From Candidatus Portnoybacteria bacterium (GTDB taxonomy: Bacteria; Patescibacteriota; Minisyncoccia; Portnoybacterales; GWB1-42-6): DNA of 64,000 nt. The notes under the pieces were generated by a model, which saw only the letters and a program-made list of their open reading frames with translations, was not told where the DNA came from and ran no database searches. Position numbers and translations under genes: made by a program. This document shows, in pieces, positions 55,735 through 64,000 of the stretch (positions within the stretch are counted from its first letter, which is position 1; the number at the start of each line of letters is the position of its first letter). The DNA lies in the NCBI GenBank assembly GCA_028688325.1, contig JAQTYI010000001.1:31088-95087 (forward strand), in the 5' to 3' direction.

Positions 55735-56277
55735 TTATATCTTTTTAATCTGTAAAAAGTCCAGCTCCACCGGCGTTTCGCGCCCGAACATGGAAATCAG
55801 CACTTTCAGGCGGCCGCGCTCTTCATCAACCTCCGCCACCTTGCCGTCAGTGTCCTTGAACGGCCCGTCCACGATCTTAACCGAATCGCCCAAAACGATA
55901 TCCATTTTATATTTGGGCTCTTCAACGCCCATCCGTTTTTGCAATTCTTTTATCTCTTCGGGCGAAATGGGAGTGGGAGTTGTGCCTGAGCCCACAAAAC
56001 CCGTAACTCTCGGGGTATTGCGCACAACATACCAGGAGTCGTCCGTTACAATCATTTCCACCAGGACATATCCGGGATAGATCTTTTCTTCCACCACTTT
56101 CCTTTTACCCGCTTTAATTTTGATCTTTTTCTCAATCGGAACCAGAACACTGAAGATCTTATCTTCCATGCCCATTGAGTCAATGCGCTGGCGCAGATTG
56201 CGCGCCACCGCTTCTTCGTATCCGGAATAAGTATGCAGAACATACCAATTCCGCCCCCTTGAGACCTGTTTTGCCAT
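55735..56277 (-). CDS. nusG: Transcription termination/antitermination factor NusG
   Basis: NGN domain ([11 protein letters not shown]) and a KOW motif (GD.V.I..GPFKD..G.V). Confidence 0.9.
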   Translation of the reverse strand: MAKQVSRGRNWYVLHTYSGYEEAVARNLRQRIDSMGMEDKIFSVLVPIEKKIKIKAGKRKVVEEKIYPGYVLVEMIVTDDSWYVVRNTPRVTGFVGSGTTPTPISPEEIKELQKRMGVEEPKYKMDIVLGDSVKIVDGPFKDTDGKVAEVDEERGRLKVLISMFGRETPVELDFLQIKKI

Positions 56278-56291
56278 AATAAAAATTTTTG

Positions 56292-56477
56292 CTAAATAAT
56301 GAACTTATTCATCAACAGTTGAAAGACGAAATCCGCCAAGCCCAAAAACAAAGCCGCGCCCAGTGAAATTCCAACCACCGTCAAAGTATAGTTGTAGGTT
56401 TCCTGGCGCGTGGGCCAGGTGACTTTTTTAAGCTCAGCTTTCACCTCGCTGAAGAATGTGATGATGCGATTGAACAT
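56292..56477 (-). CDS. secE: Preprotein translocase subunit SecE
   Basis: 61 aa with a single TM segment, KKVTWPTRQE, and the conserved secE-nusG-rplK order. Confidence 0.8.
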   Translation of the reverse strand: MFNRIITFFSEVKAELKKVTWPTRQETYNYTLTVVGISLGAALFLGLADFVFQLLMNKFII

Positions 56478-56534
56478 ATTCGTATTTTTTTGTTTTTTAA
56501 AACCCCCTCGCGGGGGTTAAAGTATCTATGCTGT

Positions 56535-56563
56535 AGAATACTCTCCGCCGCTTTATCTGTCAA
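56535..56563 (-). promoter_or_regulatory. Sigma-70-type promoter for secE-nusG-rplK (TTGACA, 17-nt spacer, TATTCT); the 5'-UTR carries a poly-G/C hairpin (56497-56522)
   Basis: Read on the minus strand. The UTR hairpin aacccccgcgagggggtt belongs to the poly-G/C repeat family. Confidence 0.45.
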
Positions 56564-56588
56564 TAGTTTATAAACAACAACATAATAT

Positions 56589-56700
56589 GTCATTCCCGCC
56601 CCACATCAAGTGGGGGTAAACTCCAGCGGGAATCCAGGGCCTGGATCCCGGGTCCCGCCTTCGCAATGCTTCGGCGAGGCAAGCAAGCCCGGGATGACAA
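56589..56700. repeat. Composite palindromic repeat (gtcattcccgc..gcgggaatcc + agggcctggatcccggg..cccgggatgacaa), intergenic
   Basis: Same modules as the in-frame copies in rnhB (35530-35577) and miaA (46804-46866). Confidence 0.6.
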
Positions 56701-56712
56701 AATTATATATAT

Positions 56713-58872
56713 TTATATATCCAAATTCACAACATTCTTAGCATGCGTTTGAATAAATCTCTTCCTAGGCGCGACTTCATCGCCCATCAGAATATCGAAA
56801 ACTTTATCCGCTTCTTTGGCATCGGCGATGTTCACCTGTTTTAACATGCGCCTGGCCGGATCCATAGTGGTTTCCCAAAGCTGCCCCGGATTCATTTCTC
56901 CAAGACCTTTATAGCGCTGGACGCTGACGCCGCTGATTTTTTCTTCATCTTCCATAACCTCGCTCTCGCTTTCTTCCGCTTCTTCTTTGGCCACCTTGCC
57001 GCCTTTGGCCGCAGCTTTAGCCGCCGCTTTATCCGCTTTCAACTTTTTGAATTCCCCTATCAATTTATCCCTTTCGGCTTCATCATACGCATATCTAACA
57101 TCTTTGCCTTTAGCCACGCGAAAAAGTGGCGGCTGGGCGATATAAATATTTCCCGCGTCTATCAAGGGCTGAAAATATCGGAAAAACAAAGTCAAAAGCA
57201 AGGTGCGGATATGCGCGCCGTCCACATCGGCATCGGTCATAATGACGATGCGGTGATAACGCAATTTTGATATGTCGAAAGAATCGGCAATAGCCGTGCC
57301 AAGGGCGATTATCAACGCCTTAACTTCTTTGGAGGTTAAGGCCTTATCCAGCCGCGCTTTTTCCACATTCAAAATTTTTCCGCGCAACGGCAGTATCGCC
57401 TGGAATTTCCGGTCGCGGCCTTGCTTGGCCGAGCCGCCGGCCGAATCCCCCTCAACTATGAAGAGTTCCGATTCTTCCGGCTTGCGCGAAGAGCAATCGG
57501 CCAATTTTCCCGGCAAGGCCAAGCCCTCCAGAATGCCTTTTCGCAAAACGGTATCCTTGGCCGCTTTGGCCGCCTGGCGAGCCTTGGATGCCAAAATACA
57601 GGTGCCTAAAATTTCCTTGGCGTCATTGGGATTTTTTTCCAGATATTCTTCCAGGCCGTAGGCCACAACGGTATCTACCGCCGTGCGCGCTTCTGGATTG
57701 CCCAGCTTCGCTTTGGTTTGGCCTTCAAATTGCGGCTCGCGCAATTTCACGGAAATCACGGCCGTTATTCCCTCGCGCACATCATCGCCCGTCAGATTCT
57801 CGTCGGAACTTTTCAGGAAATTATTCTTGCGGGCATAATCATTGAGCCCGCGCGTCAAAGCGGTGCGAAAACCCGTTAAGTGCATGCCGCCTTCAATGGT
57901 ATAAATATTATTGGCAAAGCTCATTTCGTAGCCCTGCAGATCATCGGTGTATTGAAACGCAACTTCCACTTGAAGACCCTCTTCTTCGCGATTAACATAA
58001 AAAATGTTGGTGTGGCGGACTTCGTTGTCATTGTTCAAAAATTTTACATAAGAGACGATTCCGCCTTCAATGAAAAAGCCGTATGAGCGCTCGCCCTTGT
58101 CTGGGCCGCGCTCTTCCATGATGATTTTTTTCTTGCCAGCCACCTGGCAGACGCCGAAAAATTCCTCGGCTTTTTTATTAACCTGGCGTAAGTCGCGGAT
58201 AATTATCTTGGTGCCCTTCACAAGGTATGCCTGCTGGCGTAAATGCCCGATAATGGTGTCCCGGTTGAATCTGATATCTTTGAAAATTTCCGGATCCGGT
58301 TCAAAATAAATGGTGGTGCCCTGCGCGTCGCACTTGCCGACTTTTTTCACACTGTGCTTGGGCTTGCCTTTGGAATATTCCTGAACATACAAAGAGCCGT
58401 CGCGGCAGACCTCCGCGCGCAGCCAAATGGACAAAGCGTTGACCACAGAAACGCCCACTCCGTGCAAACCGCCGGAAATTTTATATGACTCTCCTCCGAA
58501 TTTTCCGCCCGCGTGCAAGGTGCAAAGCACGGTTTCCAAGGCCGATTTTTTCGTTTGCTTGTGAATGTCCACCGGAATGCCGCGACCGTTGTCTTTCACG
58601 CGAACGCGATTTTGCGGCAAAAAAGACACTTCGATTTCCGAAGCGAAGCCGGCCATGGCCTCATCGAGAGAGTTATCCACCACTTCCCAAACCAGATGAT
58701 GCACGCCGTCTATGCCCGTTGAGCCGATATACATTCCCGGGCGTTTGCGCACCGGGTCCAAGCCCTCCAAAACATAAATATCCTTGGCTTCATAAGAAGC
58801 GTTGGCAACATTGCCATCGCCGCCATCGCCGCCGTTGCCGTTCTTGCCGTTTTGGCCGTTATTTTTTGCCAT
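56713..58872 (-). CDS. gyrB: DNA gyrase subunit B
   Basis: GHKL ATPase, TOPRIM (EGDSAGGS), and a Gly/Asn-rich N-terminal extension. The start is taken at MAKNNG. Confidence 0.9.
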   Translation of the reverse strand: MAKNNGQNGKNGNGGDGGDGNVANASYEAKDIYVLEGLDPVRKRPGMYIGSTGIDGVHHLVWEVVDNSLDEAMAGFASEIEVSFLPQNRVRVKDNGRGIPVDIHKQTKKSALETVLCTLHAGGKFGGESYKISGGLHGVGVSVVNALSIWLRAEVCRDGSLYVQEYSKGKPKHSVKKVGKCDAQGTTIYFEPDPEIFKDIRFNRDTIIGHLRQQAYLVKGTKIIIRDLRQVNKKAEEFFGVCQVAGKKKIIMEERGPDKGERSYGFFIEGGIVSYVKFLNNDNEVRHTNIFYVNREEEGLQVEVAFQYTDDLQGYEMSFANNIYTIEGGMHLTGFRTALTRGLNDYARKNNFLKSSDENLTGDDVREGITAVISVKLREPQFEGQTKAKLGNPEARTAVDTVVAYGLEEYLEKNPNDAKEILGTCILASKARQAAKAAKDTVLRKGILEGLALPGKLADCSSRKPEESELFIVEGDSAGGSAKQGRDRKFQAILPLRGKILNVEKARLDKALTSKEVKALIIALGTAIADSFDISKLRYHRIVIMTDADVDGAHIRTLLLTLFFRYFQPLIDAGNIYIAQPPLFRVAKGKDVRYAYDEAERDKLIGEFKKLKADKAAAKAAAKGGKVAKEEAEESESEVMEDEEKISGVSVQRYKGLGEMNPGQLWETTMDPARRMLKQVNIADAKEADKVFDILMGDEVAPRKRFIQTHAKNVVNLDI

Positions 58873-58888
58873 AATAATTTTACTTGTT

Positions 58889-59266
58889 TTATTGTTCTTT
58901 CTCTTGGTATAAAAACGCCATTTCAATGGCAGCGGTTAAGATCAAAAAGATCAGCGCCGTCCACCAATAAAAAACCCGGTAAACATTCATTATTAAAAAT
59001 CCGACCAGCAACAAAGCGAGCAGGGTCCCTTCGCGGAACGAAACCGTCAGCAAGCTGTCGGACAACCTTCCCGCGCGCCGGCCGCGCCAGTAAAAACCGG
59101 CCAGACCGAACCCCCCGCACAGCGCCAGAAATAAGCTGGAAAACAGCAAAATTAAAATACCGGCGCCTCCGCCGTCGGGCGAAACAAACCATAAAATTGC
59201 CGTAAAAGAAATTAGAGCCAAAAAACTGGCCAGACCAATGCCCCAGAGATACGATTTTAAGGTCAT
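58889..59266 (-). CDS. Hypothetical small membrane protein
   Basis: 125 aa, about four hydrophobic helices. Confidence 0.45.
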   Translation of the reverse strand: MTLKSYLWGIGLASFLALISFTAILWFVSPDGGGAGILILLFSSLFLALCGGFGLAGFYWRGRRAGRLSDSLLTVSFREGTLLALLLVGFLIMNVYRVFYWWTALIFLILTAAIEMAFLYQEKEQ

Positions 59267-59436
59267 TTTCCGCGTTTATTTTATACTTTAATTTTAGTAT
59301 ATTTTCAATCAAAAAACAAGCACCGAATGTGGATAAAACACGCAGCAAACACACAGGGTAAAATAACCTAAAAAACCGCCCAAACAGGCGGTTTTCTGCG
59401 GCGGGGCTTACACCCCTTCGCTCACTTTGTTCGCTG

Positions 59437-59512
59437 CGGGCCGTACGGGATTCGAACCCGTGGTCTTCTCCGTGACAGGGAGACGCGTTAAGCCTGGCTA
59501 CGCTAACGGCCC
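59437..59512 (-). tRNA. tRNA-Asp (GTC)
   Basis: Manual fold: acceptor GGGCCGT/ACGGCCC, D arm GCGTAGCCAGGC, anticodon loop CTGTCAC, T arm GGTTCGAATCC. CCA is not encoded. Confidence 0.85.
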
Positions 59513-59537
59513 ATAAACATTTTCACGATAAAACTCG

Positions 59538-59611
59538 TAGCTGCGAGTGGACTCGAACCACTGACCTGGCGCTTATGAAGCGCCCGCTCTAACCGACTGA
59601 GCTACGCAGCC
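59538..59611 (-). tRNA. Elongator-type tRNA-Met (CAT), or Ile2 if the C34 is lysidinylated
   Basis: Acceptor GGCTGCG/CGCAGCT with G1·U72, D arm GCTCAGTCGGTTAGAGC, anticodon loop TTCATAA, T arm AGTGGTTCGAGTCCACT, pyrimidine11:purine24. Confidence 0.85.
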
Positions 59612-59805
59612 CAACTACGCTCCGATTTTCATCGGAGCTTCGATGGGCAAGTGATGTAATAAATAAACTTCTTGCCCTTCCGAAGCTCAAATGCAATTTG
59701 GGCGAAGGAGGGAGCTACGCAGCCATGCACCCTCTCTATAAAAAATAATAACGCCTGAACTAAATTCTGTCACCATTTAATTTACGGCGCTAATATTTTA
59801 ATATG

Positions 59806-59876
59806 TTGCGGGGCCCGGAATTGCACCGGGGTCTGGGGCTTATGAGACCCCCGAGATACTTCTTCTCTACCCCGCG
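59806..59876 (-). tRNA. Initiator-like tRNA-Met (CAT) with atypical D and T loops
   Basis: C1xA72 mismatch, A11:U24, and an acceptor/anticodon arm very similar to E. coli tRNA-fMet (CGCGGGG..CTCATAA..CCCCGCAA). The D loop AGAAGTA lacks G18G19 and the T loop is TGCAATT (G55). Confidence 0.6.
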
Positions 59877-59892
59877 ATAAGTTGACCTTGAC

Positions 59893-59921
59893 AGTATAAC
59901 TAAAAATATTGAATTTAGCAA
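59893..59921 (-). promoter_or_regulatory. Promoter for the tRNA cluster (TTGCTA, 17-nt spacer, TATACT) 16 nt upstream of the initiator tRNA
   Basis: Read on the minus strand. Confidence 0.45.
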
Positions 59922-59971
59922 GCTGAATTAAATAAAAATAACCTGCAAAATAATGAGGTTATCTTTATTTA

Positions 59972-60003
59972 AGCACTTTTAAGCTATAGCTTAAAAGTGC
60001 TTA
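59972..60003. terminator. Perfect 15-bp palindrome aagcacttttaagct-at-agcttaaaagtgctt downstream of the 60021 gene
   Basis: Read from the sequence; the flanks are A/T-rich. Confidence 0.5.
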
Positions 60004-60020
60004 AATGCGCTTATTCGCCC

Positions 60021-60545
60021 TTACGACAAATACTCCAATTCCCTCAATGCCGCTTCAAAATCGGCGATTGTTTTTTCCGCTTCTTCCTGCGATAAATGGA
60101 AATTGGGCTGATGCACTATCATATCGCGGGTCCTGTGCCCTTCCCAAACTTTATCCACGCTCCCAACTTCTTGAACCTCTATTTGTTTCAATCGCTCTTC
60201 AAAAGTGGCGCCGGGCAGACCCATGCGCTTTAAAATTTCGTCCATTAAATTGTCGGCCTCAATGACCGCCAGTTTCAAGTTCGCCTCGTCCCCTTTTTGC
60301 AAGCGCGCTTTCACTTGCTCCCAGCGCTGATTGGGATTCAGCCCGTAAGCAAAATTTTTAGCCAAAGCGCCCTCCCTTATCCACCAGCCCGCGTCCGATC
60401 GTTTCAGCAAAACCACTATCATCCATAAAAGCAATACGGAAACCAGCCAGCTGGTAATTTGCAATATCAAAACTATCGCGCTGATATTGGCAGAGCCGAA
60501 ATAATTGACTATCAGGTCATAGAGATCCAGAAAATATGTGATCAT
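60021..60545 (-). CDS. Hypothetical membrane protein
   Basis: 174-aa ORF with an N-terminal TM pair. Confidence 0.45.
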   Translation of the reverse strand: MITYFLDLYDLIVNYFGSANISAIVLILQITSWLVSVLLLWMIVVLLKRSDAGWWIREGALAKNFAYGLNPNQRWEQVKARLQKGDEANLKLAVIEADNLMDEILKRMGLPGATFEERLKQIEVQEVGSVDKVWEGHRTRDMIVHQPNFHLSQEEAEKTIADFEAALRELEYLS

Positions 60546-60596
60546 ACTTACAATTATTATATAAAATTTCTACTTTATTTGCTACTCGCCCCATCT

Positions 60597-60627
60597 TGTC
60601 ATCCCGGCTCAAGGCCGGGATGACAAA
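60597..60627. repeat. Short perfect palindrome ttgtcatcccggcc-tcaa-ggccgggatgacaa (gtcat family)
   Basis: Read from the sequence. Confidence 0.55.
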
Positions 60628-60655
60628 AAAAGAAAAAATAGATGCTATTCGCAGA

Positions 60656-62113
60656 TTAGAATCGCATTGCGTCTTCAATGGTTTGAGCAACCCGAAAAAT
60701 CAAGTCCTCCGAAAAATGCGGGCCGATTATTTGCAGACCGACGGGTAATTTTCCGATCTTGCCGCAAGGCATTGATAGGGCCGGCACACCGGCCAAATTC
60801 ACCGGCACGGTGTAGATATCGGATAGATACATCGTCACGGGGTCGTTGATCTTCTCGCCTATTTTAAAAGCGGTCGTTGGCGCCACCGGCGTCATTATCA
60901 AGTCAACTCCGGCAAACGCCTTTTTAAAGTCATCGGCGATCCTGGTGCGCACTTTTTGCGCGCGCAGATAATAAGCGTCGTAGTAACCGGAAGACAAAGA
61001 ATAAGTTCCCAGCATAATGCGCCGGCGCGCCTCCGCACCCAAATACTGGCCGCGACTTTGCAAATAGACATCCAGTAAGCCGCTAAGCGCTGATTGCTTA
61101 TCGCTAATCGCGGATGTGCCGTATTTTATCCCGTCAAAACGCGCGAGATTCGCCGAGACCTCCGAAGCCATAATAATATAATAACAGGCCAAGGCATACT
61201 CGGAATAAGGCAAACTTATTTCCACGATTTTAGCCCCAAGCGCGGTCAATTTGCCGATGGCGGCGCTTACCAGTTTTTCCACCTCCTTATTAAGGCCTTT
61301 GGCAAAATATTCTTTGGGGATCCCAATTTTCAAATTATTAACCCCCTTTAATCCCCCCTTTAAAAGGGGGGCTGGGGGGTTAGCGCTGGTCGCGTCGCGC
61401 GTATCTTTTCCTTTTATAGCGTCAAACACCATCTTGCAATCGGCCACATTCTTGGCTAACGGCCCTATCTGATCCAAAGAAGAAGCCATCGCCATAACGC
61501 CATAGCGCGACACCGCGCCGTAAGTCGGTTTAAATCCGACAACTCCGCAAAAAGAAGCGGGCTGGCGGATGGAACCGCCGGTGTCCGAGCCCAAAGAAAA
61601 AACGCATTCATCCGCCGCCACGGCCGCGGCCGAACCGCCCGAAGAGCCGCCGGGCACCCGCTCTAAGTCGTTGGGATTTTTAGTCGCCCCGTATGCCGAG
61701 TTCTCCGTGGAAGAGCCCATGGCGAATTCATCCATATTGGTCTTGCCTAAAAATATCACGCCCGCCGATTTTAATTTCCTGATGACCGTGGCGTCGTAGG
61801 GCGCCACATAATTGGCCAATATTTTGGAAGCTGCGATGCATTTTTCTCCTTCAACCAAAATATTATCTTTGATGGCGCAGGGCACGCCTTCAAGCGGCCC
61901 GATTTTCAAACCGGCGGCAATTTTTTCATCGACTTTTTCGGCTTGTTCAAGCGCCAGCTTTTCCGTCGTCGACAAATAAGCATGGACTTTGGCGTCCTCT
62001 TTTTTTATATATGACAAAAACCCCTTCACCAATGCCTTGGCGGTGAATTCCTTATTTTTAAGCCCATTGTGGACTTGGGAGATTGTCAGATTTTTTAATT
62101 CCATGGAGTTCAA
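60656..62113 (-). CDS. gatA: Asp-tRNA(Asn)/Glu-tRNA(Gln) amidotransferase subunit A
   Basis: Amidase signature (GGSSGGSAAAVA) and Ser-cisSer-Lys triad. The segment TSANPPAPLLKGGLKGVNN is encoded by a poly-G/C palindrome at 61338-61384. Confidence 0.9.
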   Translation of the reverse strand: MNSMELKNLTISQVHNGLKNKEFTAKALVKGFLSYIKKEDAKVHAYLSTTEKLALEQAEKVDEKIAAGLKIGPLEGVPCAIKDNILVEGEKCIAASKILANYVAPYDATVIRKLKSAGVIFLGKTNMDEFAMGSSTENSAYGATKNPNDLERVPGGSSGGSAAAVAADECVFSLGSDTGGSIRQPASFCGVVGFKPTYGAVSRYGVMAMASSLDQIGPLAKNVADCKMVFDAIKGKDTRDATSANPPAPLLKGGLKGVNNLKIGIPKEYFAKGLNKEVEKLVSAAIGKLTALGAKIVEISLPYSEYALACYYIIMASEVSANLARFDGIKYGTSAISDKQSALSGLLDVYLQSRGQYLGAEARRRIMLGTYSLSSGYYDAYYLRAQKVRTRIADDFKKAFAGVDLIMTPVAPTTAFKIGEKINDPVTMYLSDIYTVPVNLAGVPALSMPCGKIGKLPVGLQIIGPHFSEDLIFRVAQTIEDAMRF

Positions 62114-62120
62114 GTTTGCA

Positions 62121-62310
62121 AACCGCCCATACGAAAAATTTTGTTATAAATTCGCGATGAGCCGAGCGTCTAAAATCGCCGGCGGGACGAGAAAGCGAAA
62201 CGAGTTGTTCGCGGTGATTTTAGCGAGGCGAATTCGAATTTGTCAAAATTTTATCGTCAGGCGGCGGTTTTTCCGCCGCTTTGGCGTTTACCCCGTTCTA
62301 CGGGGCCGGC
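62121..62310. repeat. About 200-bp structured intergenic repeat family, copy 5 (divergent)
   Basis: Shares the 5' box aaccgcccatacgaaaa..gcgatgagc..gcgtctaaaatcgc and a two-hairpin 3' architecture (gcggcgg-ttttt-ccgccgc; ccccg-ttcta-cgggg), but with different stem sequences. Confidence 0.55.
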
Positions 62311-62329
62311 AAAAAAGCGGCAAAAGATT

Positions 62330-62611
62330 CTAATCAAAGACAGCTTTAACTTTTATATAATTATCTTTCGCCTCCGGCGCGTTGGCCAAAAGTTTTTTCC
62401 GGCTTTCTTCCTGCCGCTTGATTCCTTCGTCGCGGCGCATCACACTATTTAAGCCCGTCGCCTGCAAAGTCGGCTCAACGCCTTCGACATCAACTTCCTT
62501 TAATTTATCGATAAAATCCAAAATCGCCGTCAAATCTTTGGCGAATTTTTTTTCGTCTTCCCGACTCAATCCTAAGCGGGCTAATTTGGCGATATGGGCT
62601 ACATCAAACAT
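62330..62611 (-). CDS. gatC: Asp-tRNA(Asn)/Glu-tRNA(Gln) amidotransferase subunit C
   Basis: 93 aa; V.HIAKLARL..E.....DL..IL.F...L GatC pattern; directly upstream of gatA. Confidence 0.85.
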   Translation of the reverse strand: MFDVAHIAKLARLGLSREDEKKFAKDLTAILDFIDKLKEVDVEGVEPTLQATGLNSVMRRDEGIKRQEESRKKLLANAPEAKDNYIKVKAVFD

Positions 62612-62695
62612 ATAAACCCGACACTAATCCACGAATTGGCACGAATGACACTAATTGATTCGTGCCATTCGTGTGTCATTTGTGTATTGGTGTCG
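62600..62695. repeat. AT-rich palindromic intergenic element (ggcacgaatgacac / gtgtcattcgtgcc)
   Basis: Overlapping inverted repeats between the gatC start and the ligA stop. Confidence 0.45.

Positions 62696-64000
<1,305 letters not shown>

Noticed and set aside
56497-56522. Intrinsic terminator in front of secE
   Set aside because: On the transcribed (minus) strand the hairpin is followed by only 4 U and then an A-run. It belongs to the poly-G/C repeat family and more likely is a 5'-UTR structure than a terminator.

Overview
This 64-kb window is almost entirely housekeeping genes from a small-genome bacterium that looks Patescibacteria/CPR-like. Proteins are compact, RF1 and ThrRS are N-terminally truncated, and TGA/TAA/TAG are all used as stops, so the code is standard.

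Recognisable genes, mostly on the minus strand:
- Replication and repair: DinG/XPD-type helicase (partial), dnaE, gyrB, ligA (partial), mutM, rnhB, a DEDD 3'-5' exonuclease.
- Translation and RNA processing: rpmE, prfA, rplY, rpsP, KH protein, trmD, rnc, nusB, rpmF, rplK, nusG, secE, thrS, miaA, miaB, gatA/gatB/gatC, a SpoU-family methyltransferase, RNase P RNA, and three tRNAs (Asp, Met, an initiator-like Met).
- Sugar-phosphate metabolism: transketolase, rpe, rpiB, class II FBA, a PfkB kinase, a 2-hydroxyacid dehydrogenase.
- A thymidylate cluster: dut, a tandem ThyX-like protein, tmk, dCMP deaminase, a P-loop kinase, glyA, folD.
- Envelope and secretion: GT4 and GT39 glycosyltransferases, a WbaP-like sugar phosphotransferase, DsbA, cyclophilin, an HtrA-like protease, a lytic transglycosylase, an NRAMP transporter.

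What is unusual is how heavily the DNA is colonised by small palindromic repeats and MITE-like elements, in at least six families:
- Several are inserted in frame inside essential genes: miaB and gatB carry the same 84-bp poly-G/poly-C palindrome encoding an almost identical roughly 30-aa peptide; rnhB, miaA, the GT39 gene and rpe also carry in-frame palindromic inserts.
- A roughly 200-bp structured repeat occurs five times between genes, and its hairpin stems show compensatory base changes between copies.
- A 137-bp MITE with 20-bp terminal inverted repeats sits flush against three start codons.
- A GxxExxY gene sits in a cassette bounded by perfect 20-bp inverted repeats.

The most system-like locus is at 1.6-2.9 kb. 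A DinG-family Fe-S helicase gene and a small, well-expressed-looking protein with RAMP/Cas6-like hallmarks flank a roughly 670-bp non-coding array of six hairpins. The hairpins recur every 118-140 bp; each has a different stem but the same flanking CCCC motif. This is not a canonical CRISPR array. It may be a tandem small-RNA or terminator array, possibly processed or bound by the RAMP-like protein.

Other notable items are a putative T-box (Thr) leader upstream of thrS and an atypical initiator tRNA.
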